A stretch of 64,000 nt of DNA from an uncultured Pirellulaceae bacterium (GTDB lineage: Bacteria; Planctomycetota; Planctomycetia; Pirellulales; Pirellulaceae): positions 50,518 through 114,517 of the forward strand of contig CALFWL010000020.1 of the NCBI GenBank assembly GCA_937928215.1, in the 5' to 3' direction. How positions within the stretch are numbered: position 1 is the stretch's first letter; each line of letters opens with the position of its first letter. The position numbers were made by a program, and so were the translations under genes. Below, piece by piece: positions 1-8,053 of this stretch. The notes under the pieces are model-generated. The model was not told where the DNA came from. It searched no databases and saw nothing but the letters and a program-made list of their open reading frames with translations.

Positions 1-1557
1 TGCTCCAGTGACGTCCTGCAGATCACCTTGCAACACCACTCCATTCGATTGAGATTTAATTTCTAGGTTTTTCAACCGATGTCGAATCAGCTGCAATTTT
101 GCATCCAGCTGTCGGAGTTTTAGTTCCGCAATCTTTGTTTCTGCCGCGTCTCGTGCGGTACGACTCACGTCACGTTGTTTGGTGGCCGATTGCTGCTGAG
201 CGAGCACGTCCACCATTTCAAGCTGTACCTCTCGATCGTCCATCCGAGCGATCACTTGGCCCGCAGCAACGATGTCGCCCGGTTTGGCGTAGGATTGCTC
301 AAGAACTCCATTGTGTGGAGCGACCGCAAACTGTCGCTTCGCAGGTTTCAAAACACAGCTGCAATCGATTCGATGCGGGATAGGAATTAACATGGCGAGC
401 GTGATCGTCGCGGCGACGGCAGCAGTCACTTTTGCGGCCCTGCCTTTGATGAAGTTTCGCGACCAAGTCACCAGTCGTCGCGCGGGACTTGCCGCCGCCC
501 GTCGCGCCACATCCAACGAATCGGCGAGATAAGTACTGGCGGTTCTGGCGAATTGAGCCGTGCGGTCTTGATGCGGTCCGCCAGCTGGAAGCAGACACAG
601 CCACGCTCCAATCGTGCGCCCGTCATGCGTCGTTAACGGAGAAGTCACCAGAGCGGAACTCGGGTTGTTGTCGATCATTTCGCGGTGAGCCAACTTCATG
701 CTGCGACGAGAATCATCGACCGAGGGGAATGAAGTCGTGTCTCCCCGGACCAGTGACTCTTCCATGGCGGCCTTGATTTGTTTTGGCAAAGCGCCTGTCG
801 AACTGACCTCCATCGCGCCCGACATAGATGCGACTTTGACGCGCAAACTCCCCTCACGAACGACGTAGCCGATCGCGATGATTTCGGCGCTCAAGAACCC
901 AGCCAGACGATTCGCGGCAACAATTTCAGGTCGGGCTTGATGCTTGACACTCGATACCTCCGCGGTTAATTCCGCGATTGCGGCAGTGGCATCAATTTGC
1001 CACGTAAGACTCTGGGTACGTTCACGTTCGTGCCAACGACTGACATAGGCCGCAATCATTTGCAGGATTAACAAGAATGATGCTGACGATTCACTTCCCA
1101 TACTAAGCGCCAAGCACAGACATTCGCCGGCCTGGCTGGGGTTTCTTGGATCGTAAACAGGGGTGGCAATGACCGTTAGTTCGCCCGAGGTGACGATCTG
1201 CGGTGCGACTGATTTGATGGCCGCCTCTGCGGTTGGTAAAAGCGACGATTTCATCAGGCCAAGGTTTTGGTTTTCAACTCCGCTGTGTTCGGCGACATAT
1301 TGGATGGGTTGCTGATCGGTGATGCTCAAATGGCCTGCCCAGATTGCATTGGTCGATCGACATGCCACGTCGACCAATCGTTGCAGGGTATCAGTCCGAG
1401 AAGCATTCAGCGCCGTGATCGATTCAAGCTGATGCTGAATTGAATCAAGCGTTGGGTCTTCCGTCGGGGAGGGAGACCGGTTGGCGGCGGATGACTGACA
1501 TGTGCGCAGCTTTGTCCTAGGCGTCGGCTGATGGCTGTTGGGCAGAGTGGGGTTCAT
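1..1557 (-). CDS. HlyD-family periplasmic adaptor (membrane fusion protein) fused to a long N-terminal cytoplasmic GAF-like region; partial, 3' end runs off the window
   Basis: Absent from the supplied ORF track because it has no stop codon in the window. My own minus-strand translation from ATG 1557-1555 gives MNPTLPNSHQPTPRTKLRTCQSSAANRS..., with an in-frame upstream TAG at 1671-1669. About 330 aa contain two GAF-like segments, followed by one hydrophobic span (AAKVTAAVAATITLAMLIPIP). Next come a lipoyl-like hairpin (EQSYAKPGDIVAAGQVIARMDDRE), a coiled coil and IKSQSNGVVLQGDL, as in HlyD/MFP proteins. The small plus-strand ORFs at 99-969 lie inside it. Confidence 0.75.
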   Translation of the reverse strand, partial: MNPTLPNSHQPTPRTKLRTCQSSAANRSPSPTEDPTLDSIQHQLESITALNASRTDTLQRLVDVACRSTNAIWAGHLSITDQQPIQYVAEHSGVENQNLGLMKSSLLPTAEAAIKSVAPQIVTSGELTVIATPVYDPRNPSQAGECLCLALSMGSESSASFLLILQMIAAYVSRWHERERTQSLTWQIDATAAIAELTAEVSSVKHQARPEIVAANRLAGFLSAEIIAIGYVVREGSLRVKVASMSGAMEVSSTGALPKQIKAAMEESLVRGDTTSFPSVDDSRRSMKLAHREMIDNNPSSALVTSPLTTHDGRTIGAWLCLLPAGGPHQDRTAQFARTASTYLADSLDVARRAAASPARRLVTWSRNFIKGRAAKVTAAVAATITLAMLIPIPHRIDCSCVLKPAKRQFAVAPHNGVLEQSYAKPGDIVAAGQVIARMDDREVQLEMVDVLAQQQSATKQRDVSRTARDAAETKIAELKLRQLDAKLQLIRHRLKNLEIKSQSNGVVLQGDLQDVTGA

Positions 1558-1634
1558 TGGCGCGTTTAGCGTTCTAAGAAGTTTGCAACCGCTTTTCGAT
1601 TGCGCGTCGTACGTGGACTCGGGTTCAATTGCAA

Positions 1635-1991
1635 CTAACCTTTGATGGAAGCACTCATTCGCGGCAAACTAGCCTGCGGGACGGTTGAATCGTCCGAGCG
1701 AGACGGGGATGAAACTTTTTGCTGAATCAGTTCTTGTCGGCGATCGATGACCTCGTTCAAGATTTTTGTGAGTCGCTCAACGGCTGACCAAGGCATCGCC
1801 AGCCGAGTGTGAATCGGAAGTGACTCGCCCTGTTGAGTCGCGGTATCAGCCGGCAGCGTGCCGGAAGAGAAATCGAGCAACAGCTCCTCGGTGCTCGGAC
1901 TGGCAAGGAATTGAGTCGCGTAAATGACTTCCGATTTCTCATACCGGATCGAGATTTTTTTGGTGGATTTTTGATCTTGTGGTTGAGGCAT
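1635..1991 (-). CDS. small cytoplasmic protein, DUF3467-like (function unknown)
   Basis: 118-aa ORF with no signal peptide or TM segment. The pattern IYATQFLASPSTEELLLDFSS...PIHTRLAMPWSAVERLTKILNEVI resembles the DUF3467 signature (YAN..., EF.LDF, R..msp..ak.L...L) as I remember it. It sits in the same-strand operon, 73 nt downstream of the HlyD gene and 77 nt upstream of the GAF-HlyD gene. Confidence 0.5.
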   Translation of the reverse strand: MPQPQDQKSTKKISIRYEKSEVIYATQFLASPSTEELLLDFSSGTLPADTATQQGESLPIHTRLAMPWSAVERLTKILNEVIDRRQELIQQKVSSPSRSDDSTVPQASLPRMSASIKG

Positions 1992-2064
1992 TGGAGCTCC
2001 GTGGGGATTGGAAGGATAATGTAGCTTGCGAGCCGATCACTCGAACGTGGTGACGTTGAAGTTT

Positions 2065-2937
2065 TTACTTAAACTGAATGAACCGATTTGCTTCGCCATT
2101 GGCGGTCGACGCCTCGGCTTCGTTAAGGATGCATCGCAACCCACTGCGAAAATTTCCGTGACGGTTGTCCAACCGCAACTCGACGCGGACGGTGCCGCTG
2201 TTCGAATCCGTGACGGGAGCGATAAAGTCGATGGTTGCCGTCGTGTTCTGATTGGTGGCTGGAATTGAAACACGTGCACGCCCACCCTGCTTCATTTTCG
2301 CCGCCTGTTGCGTCGTCAAGAAATATCGAACCTTTAGCTGGTCTAACTGAGCGATGGTTGCAACATGGCTTTCGACGGTCGTGACGGCCTCGCCTTCATG
2401 GTGTGGCAGCGTCAATACGACACCGTCATTTGGCGCTAGGATGATTCGACGTTCGATCTGCGTTTGAATTTTCCTCATTTCAATTTCGTAGCCGAGAAGT
2501 TCATCCGTCGCCGTGTTCACGTCGGCGTTGGCAAGATCATACTCAAGTTGAGCCTGTCTGACTTCTTTGCCGCTGGCGTGATTCTTCTCCAGCAGTGCGT
2601 TCATTTGCGAGAGATGGTGTTCGGCATTTTTGAGCTTCGCCTGAGCAGCTTCCAGCTTCCCACGCGATTCGAGCTTCAGTTTTGCGGCTAACAACGCCAC
2701 CTGAAGCACCTCGGTGTCTAACCGGCAAATCACGTCACCTGCTTTGACGGTTGAACCTTCACCAACTTCGATTGATTTGATGACGCCTGATTCAGGCGAC
2801 GCTACGTGTACCGTTTTGAAAGGCTCGATGAACCCTTCGTCGGAAGCGGGCGATTGGGCAGCCAGCTGATGCCCAAACATCACCAACACGAGCATGGTCA
2901 GGGTTAAAACAAGAGCTAGATTTCGTATCGTTTTCAT
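2065..2937 (-). CDS. HlyD-family secretion protein / periplasmic adaptor subunit
   Basis: N-terminal signal anchor (MKTIRNLALVLTLTMLVLVMF), lipoyl motif (SPESGVIKSIEVGEGSTVKAGDVICRLD), long coiled coil and beta-barrel motif (IILAPNDGVVLTL). I placed the start at ATG 2937, which forms an ATGA overlap with the stop of the SecA-like gene (2934-2937). The ORF track extends to 2973. Confidence 0.85.
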   Translation of the reverse strand: MKTIRNLALVLTLTMLVLVMFGHQLAAQSPASDEGFIEPFKTVHVASPESGVIKSIEVGEGSTVKAGDVICRLDTEVLQVALLAAKLKLESRGKLEAAQAKLKNAEHHLSQMNALLEKNHASGKEVRQAQLEYDLANADVNTATDELLGYEIEMRKIQTQIERRIILAPNDGVVLTLPHHEGEAVTTVESHVATIAQLDQLKVRYFLTTQQAAKMKQGGRARVSIPATNQNTTATIDFIAPVTDSNSGTVRVELRLDNRHGNFRSGLRCILNEAEASTANGEANRFIQFK

Positions 2938-4970
2938 TGGTAGTTCACCGCTTTTTTGACGTCGTCCAGCCATAACTCTTCTCGCATCACGTTCTCGCGT
3001 TGTTTTTGGCTTTCTTTCTCAGCGGTCTGCTGAGCTTTCGAGATTTGTTTATCAAACGATGGATTAGGTTGTCCGTCACGGCTTGCACATAGACTGGCAA
3101 GAACCCTCTCCAGCGAGGTGGCAAAACGTTTCACGATTTCGTCGTCGGCAGAAACGAAGAACTGTCCGCTGCCCGGATCACCTTGCCTGCCCGCGCGTCC
3201 GAGAAGTTGTCGATCAATTCGCCGTGAGTGGTTTCGTTCGAACCCTATCACGTGCAAACCACCTGCACCCAGGGCACCGTCTTGCAAGTTAATGTCCGTG
3301 CCTCGCCCAGCCATATTTGTTGCCACGGTGATCGCGGCAGGTCGGCCTGCGGCTGCAATCAGTAGCGCTTCGTCAGCATCTTGGACTCCATTGAGTACTT
3401 GGTGAGGAACCGCTTGCTGAGCCAATGCTTGGGAGATTTGAAGGGTTTGCTGGATCGTTCGCGTGCCAATCAGAATGGGCTGCCCGGACTGATGGCGGGT
3501 AACGGCGTCCGTGACGACAGCCGAAATCTTCCGGCGTTCGCTCGAAAAATATCGTGTTGGGATTTCGCATTGTCTGGACTGCTTTCTGCGTGGGATCGCC
3601 ACGACCGGCAATTGATAACAGCTGAACATTTCCCTTTGATGCCCTGAAACGGTTCCGGTCATCCCACAGAGCAGGCCGTATCGCTGGAAATAGCGTTGTC
3701 GCGAGATCCGAGCCAGTGTTCGTTTTTCTTCCGTGATTTCAACGCCTTCCTTCGCTTCGACGGCTTGGTGCAGGCCGGCTCGCCAGTTCCGGTCGCTAAA
3801 AATTCGCCCCGTGTATTCGTCAACGATTTTGACTTTTCCGTCGTGAACGATGTAGTTGATGTCACGTCGCATCGTGTGCTGAGCACGTAATGCTGATTCA
3901 ATGTACTGTTGCCATGGACGAACAAGGTGGTTCGACGATAGTTGCTGGTCAACCAGCACTTGAGCCATGTCAAGGTCCGCCAACATGTCAAAAGTGGCTC
4001 TTGGTTCAGGGACGTGGTTTGGCGGAACAGCGTGAATTGTTTCTGAACCCGCTTGCGTCAGGAAAACAGTTTTTGCTTGATCATCAACAACAAAGTCATG
4101 ATCTCGTTGAAGGTCTAAGGCGATCTCATTTGCTCGATGGTAGTGCTGTTTAACGGCGGAGCTCTTGAGTTTATTTAGCGAGCCAGAACTAAGCACCAAA
4201 GGTGTGGTGGCTTCGTCGATTAGAACGCTGTCAATTTCGTCAATGATCGCCACCGCGTGGCCTCGTTGGCAGTGGTTGGGGCGGACTTTATCTTGTGAGA
4301 AAAGTTGGCGTTTTAAGTTCTCTCCCAAACGATCGGGGCCGCGTGACATCAAAGAGATTTGATCGCGTAAAAAGTCAAATCCAAACTCGTAGCCTGTCGA
4401 AAAGGTCACGTCGCAAGCATAAGACTTGCGTTTCGCATCAGCTGACTCACCATCGTTAGAAATGCCAACCGTCAGCCCTAGCAACTGTAGCGCGGGAGCC
4501 ACGAACTCAAAATCTCTCTGCGTTAAGTATCCATTGACCGTAGCGACATGAACGCCCCGCCGTGTGAGCGCGTGAGCGACGATCGGGAAAGTGCTGGTCA
4601 GAGTTTTGCCTTCTCCCGTTTGCATTTCCACGATGGCTCCGCGCGACATTGCGATACCGGCCAGCAACTGCACGTCGTACGCAGTCATCCCAGAGGTGCG
4701 AATCAGGGCTTGCTTAGCCAGTGAAAGCGACCTGACCAAGACGTGGTCGGCCATCGCCTTTTGAGGTAACTGAGCAACTTCGTCTTGGAGTAAGCCAATT
4801 TGTTCACGCAGTCCCTGATCGCTTGTCGACGCAAGCGAGTCGCATCTCTCGTTGATGGATTGAAGCAGGCGATGATCCGCCGCGGTCGGCGCGTGACAAC
4901 GCGTCGCAAGCATGTCTCGCACGCTTGTGTAGTTCTTTTTTTTGAGAGACTGGGTTTTGAACATGGTCAT
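2934..4970 (-). CDS. SecA-family ATPase paralog, C-terminally truncated (NBD1-PPXD-NBD2 plus start of the scaffold helix only)
   Basis: Walker A MQTGEGKT; Walker B / SecA box AIIDEIDSVLIDEATTPLVLSSG; VATNMAGRGTDI; GGLHVIGFERNHSRRIDRQLLGRAGRQGDPGSGQFFVS. These all align to E. coli SecA motifs. The protein is 678 aa against about 900 aa for canonical SecA and ends about 75 aa after the RQGDxGS motif. There is a 14-nt gap to the upstream TolC-like gene and a 4-nt overlap with the downstream HlyD gene. Confidence 0.9.
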   Translation of the reverse strand: MTMFKTQSLKKKNYTSVRDMLATRCHAPTAADHRLLQSINERCDSLASTSDQGLREQIGLLQDEVAQLPQKAMADHVLVRSLSLAKQALIRTSGMTAYDVQLLAGIAMSRGAIVEMQTGEGKTLTSTFPIVAHALTRRGVHVATVNGYLTQRDFEFVAPALQLLGLTVGISNDGESADAKRKSYACDVTFSTGYEFGFDFLRDQISLMSRGPDRLGENLKRQLFSQDKVRPNHCQRGHAVAIIDEIDSVLIDEATTPLVLSSGSLNKLKSSAVKQHYHRANEIALDLQRDHDFVVDDQAKTVFLTQAGSETIHAVPPNHVPEPRATFDMLADLDMAQVLVDQQLSSNHLVRPWQQYIESALRAQHTMRRDINYIVHDGKVKIVDEYTGRIFSDRNWRAGLHQAVEAKEGVEITEEKRTLARISRQRYFQRYGLLCGMTGTVSGHQREMFSCYQLPVVAIPRRKQSRQCEIPTRYFSSERRKISAVVTDAVTRHQSGQPILIGTRTIQQTLQISQALAQQAVPHQVLNGVQDADEALLIAAAGRPAAITVATNMAGRGTDINLQDGALGAGGLHVIGFERNHSRRIDRQLLGRAGRQGDPGSGQFFVSADDEIVKRFATSLERVLASLCASRDGQPNPSFDKQISKAQQTAEKESQKQRENVMREELWLDDVKKAVNYQ

Positions 4971-4984
4971 CAGAACGTTGTTAT

Positions 4985-6868
4985 TTACTCGCCTGACACA
5001 AGCGGAGACGTGAGCGAGTCCGCAGTGTTTTCGTCGACACTCATGTTGGTGTATTCAGCCCCGAGACGGCGCGAATTGACATGATCGAAAGCGTTCGTCT
5101 TCGAAAGGATCTTGGTGGGCAGACCATCGACGCAGGCGACGGCGTCTTCGACTTGCTCGTGTTGCAGCAGTGTCCCGGTGGCTCGTTTCAAATTCATCAA
5201 GGCGAGGTTGTAAGTCGTTTCGGATTTCGCGAACTCGAACTCGGATTCAGTAAGCTGGGCTTGAGCCTGCAAAACGTTGTCGAGGTAAAGCCCGACGTTC
5301 GAATCGCGACCGGGGATTGCCGCCCAACGTTGCTCAAGATTTTCGAGTCGTTTTGAGGCGGCCTGCATCGCATGGTACTTCGCCTTAAACTCTCGTTCTG
5401 ATGTGCGAACTTCGCGAGCAGCCACTTTCGTCTCCATCAGCAACGTTTCCACGGTCGTGCGGAACTGGTTCTGTAGTTGCCGCAGTTCCAAGCGTCGCCG
5501 GTTCAAACGTGCACGAGCAGCCCGGTTCTGGACTGGGATTTCGTAATTAAGTCCCACGGAGTAGCCGGGCTCGCCGGTCCGGAACTGGTCCACCCACGCT
5601 CCACCAATGTTGCTGTTGCCTCGCAAGCCTGCGACGTAAGTCTCAAAGACTAAGTCCAATTGTGGCATGAGCTCATTCTTGGACATGTTCAACCGCACGC
5701 ACGCAGCCCGCATCTGCTTGATGGACTGATTGACTTCGGGTCTCATTTGCAATGCCGTCGAGAGAATTTCACCGATTTCAAGCGGCTCTGTCTGCCGAGT
5801 TGGGTTGACCGATGGGATGATTTCGAGATTGACGGTGTTCGCGAGTTCGGGATCGTTAACCAACGCGTGGATTCGTTCTTGGGCGTTACGGACGGCCATT
5901 TCTGACCGGACCAAATCCGCTTTGCGTTCGGTGACTGCGGCTTCGACCCGTACGACTTGGCTCCCCGCAATGTCGACACCCATGCGGCCTCGAAGGTCGT
6001 TCAAAATCTTTTCGGCTCGCAGGTACAGTTGCTGTTTCTGCACAAGCGAGACTCGCTCCAGATACAGCGACCAGTAGGCGCGTGTGACTTCAAGCAGATG
6101 AGACTGAAGTTGCCTAGAAAATTCGTCACCTGCAATGCTCGCATCAATTTTTGCTAGGACAATCAGGCTTGTGTTGTAGACTTGGCCTCGTCCTCGCATC
6201 AGTGGCTGGATATAGCCCAACCGGATTCGAGAAGTTCCTTGATTGTTGGGTTGGAAGAACGTTGAATTGGTGTTTTGGAATCCAAGCTCTTGGGAGATAT
6301 TAAACTGACCGCCACTGATGTTTTTACGACGGACACCGCCACTGTAGGACCAGTGATTGTCACGGAATCGAGGTGAGCCACCGGTCGTCAAAACGTTACC
6401 AACCGGGTCACTCAAATCGTCCCACCGTGTGTTGATGAACGTACGCCAATCAAAAGCAGCATCCGCTTCGACGATCGCGGTTTGTCGGATGAACGGTAAG
6501 TCGCTGAAAACCTTGACCTGTGCTGAGCTTTCAAGAGTCCTAACGATTAAGTCTTCAAGGTCCACGATTGCCGGCGTGGTCCCCGTTTGCAATCGATTGC
6601 TCATTGCTTGTTGCCACCACGGTTGAAAACCGTCAGGTATTTCGTCGATCGCGACCAACGACTGTCGTTCGGTGGCATCCGATTCAGCCGCCACTTGAAT
6701 TCGCGAGTGGTACTCGGCGACACTTGCGGAAGCCCCTGCCTGAGCGAAGCTCGTCCTGTTGCAGCACACGACGGTCAGCACGCTGACGATCGCAATCATT
6801 CGGTGGCAGCCTCGCGGCAAGGCATCACCGCGTGTCGAAAAACCGGTGTACATAGGGTCAACATCCAT
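4985..6868 (-). CDS. TolC-like outer membrane efflux protein (OEP family), paralog 1
   Basis: Two OEP-type repeats, for example FDWRTFINTRWDDLSDPVG...GGQFNISQELGFQNTNSTFFQPNNQGTSRIRLGYIQPLMRGRG...YWSLYLERV and, in the second half, VGLNYEIPVQNRAARARL. The signal-peptide-like MIAIVSVLTVVCCNRTSFAQA suggests the true start may be ATG 6799. Confidence 0.85.
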   Translation of the reverse strand: MDVDPMYTGFSTRGDALPRGCHRMIAIVSVLTVVCCNRTSFAQAGASASVAEYHSRIQVAAESDATERQSLVAIDEIPDGFQPWWQQAMSNRLQTGTTPAIVDLEDLIVRTLESSAQVKVFSDLPFIRQTAIVEADAAFDWRTFINTRWDDLSDPVGNVLTTGGSPRFRDNHWSYSGGVRRKNISGGQFNISQELGFQNTNSTFFQPNNQGTSRIRLGYIQPLMRGRGQVYNTSLIVLAKIDASIAGDEFSRQLQSHLLEVTRAYWSLYLERVSLVQKQQLYLRAEKILNDLRGRMGVDIAGSQVVRVEAAVTERKADLVRSEMAVRNAQERIHALVNDPELANTVNLEIIPSVNPTRQTEPLEIGEILSTALQMRPEVNQSIKQMRAACVRLNMSKNELMPQLDLVFETYVAGLRGNSNIGGAWVDQFRTGEPGYSVGLNYEIPVQNRAARARLNRRRLELRQLQNQFRTTVETLLMETKVAAREVRTSEREFKAKYHAMQAASKRLENLEQRWAAIPGRDSNVGLYLDNVLQAQAQLTESEFEFAKSETTYNLALMNLKRATGTLLQHEQVEDAVACVDGLPTKILSKTNAFDHVNSRRLGAEYTNMSVDENTADSLTSPLVSGE

Positions 6869-7037
6869 GTCTGGCGGGAAAGCGCGTGTTGAAGAGCACG
6901 CGTGGAAAAGACACGATCCTTGTGTCTACGGTTTCATTCGGTTGGCAGAATGAAGCCGGCCATGCGATGGCACACAGCGCTGTGCAAATTCGTTGCACGG
7001 ATTCTGTGACCTTGTCGTTAAATGCTGGTCGCAACGA

Positions 7038-7667
7038 TTACAAGACGCGACTGATGTCGAAGTTCACCGAGTTTAACAATCGTATCAGCTGAGCGGTAGA
7101 ATCGACTTCCATCTTTTCGAAGGTACGGCTTTGATGCCGCGATGCGGTTGGCACGGTCACACCAAAGTGTCGTGCGATTTGCTTCAGTGATTGGCCCTCG
7201 AACACCAATGGCAAGAACTCACGTTCACGATCGGTAAGCGATGAAATGAGCGATTGAATTCTTCGCTTTTCGGCGCGAGCCGAGTGTTCACGTCGTGAAA
7301 CGTCTAAGGCGCGTTCGACTCTTGCCGCTAGCACTTTGCCATCGACGGGTTTTTCAAGAAGATCGATGGCTCCATTTCGCAATGCACGCGTGGCCGAAGA
7401 AACGTCTACATCGCCAGAAATAAAAATAATGGGCGTCGGCATGTTGCGGTCGATCAACATCTGCTGAAGCTCAAGGCCATCAATCGCTGGCATACGAAGA
7501 TCGAGCAAAAGACAACAGACGACACTCTCGTCCAAGGTGTTAAGCCAGTGAACGGGAGACTTGAAGCATGTTATCTTGAAGCCTTTTGATTCGAGCAAAA
7601 ACTTAAGCGATTCGCGTGCGGCATCATCGTCGTCGATCAGGTACACGGCCTCGTTGGATCGTTGCAT
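7038..7667 (-). CDS. two-component response regulator, FixJ/LuxR family (REC + LuxR-type HTH)
   Basis: REC motifs VYLIDDDDAARESL, LLLDLRMPAIDGLEL and DLLEKP. LuxR HTH: LTDREREFLPLVFEGQSLKQIARHFGVTVPTASRHQSR. I placed the start at ATG 7667 (MQRSNEAVYLIDDD). The ORF-track start at 7748 adds 27 non-homologous residues. Confidence 0.9.
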   Translation of the reverse strand: MQRSNEAVYLIDDDDAARESLKFLLESKGFKITCFKSPVHWLNTLDESVVCCLLLDLRMPAIDGLELQQMLIDRNMPTPIIFISGDVDVSSATRALRNGAIDLLEKPVDGKVLAARVERALDVSRREHSARAEKRRIQSLISSLTDREREFLPLVFEGQSLKQIARHFGVTVPTASRHQSRTFEKMEVDSTAQLIRLLNSVNFDISRVL

Positions 7668-8053
7668 CGTTGCACTGCCAGTCGAAAGGGGAAGGGAGAA
7701 AGCAAGTGCGGGGGGGTAGACCGCCATGATAACAAATTCGAATAACAAAAAAAAGTGCGTATTGATTAATGGCTCAACGCTTCAACGCTTGCAAATAAAT
7801 CAGGCGCGGGATGAAAAACAATTCGTGGCCGATTTTTCAGGAGTAAAACTGGCATCAGGCGAACGCTCATCCAGTCAACCATGCGTGGCGCGGGCTGAAT
7901 CTGTTCACTCGGATAGCGGAAGACTCTCGAACGTCGACATAACAACGCAAAAGAGAGTTCACCGTTCTTGGGCATGCGAAGGAGGGATTTTGGAGGCGGT
8001 TCCCTAGCGATCTTGCCACGTTTGGATCGTGCGACCGGTTACCGGTTAACCGT

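Noticed and set aside
99-969. Small plus-strand ORFs at the left edge (99-383, 175-390, 311-532, 489-776, 778-969).
   Set aside because: They overlap the minus-strand GAF-HlyD gene, which is open from 1557 to the window edge and has clear MFP motifs.
6883-6927. Two short hairpins (CGCGTG...CACGCG at 6883-6902; AGACAC...GTGTCT at 6909-6927, followed on the minus strand by TTTTC) between the response regulator and the TolC-like gene. I considered them as a terminator.
   Set aside because: The stems are only 6 bp, the U-tract is short, and the site lies within 40-110 nt of the next gene's possible start. That is too weak to call, though it may attenuate read-through.
7668-7748. N-terminal extensions proposed by the ORF track for several genes (7668-7748, 30576-30686, 35148-35207, 54344-54457, 55747-55782, 51263-51343).
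   Set aside because: The extensions lack homology to the respective families. They precede an internal ATG that begins a signal peptide or a conserved domain, and some overlap neighbouring genes. I treat them as non-coding read-in.
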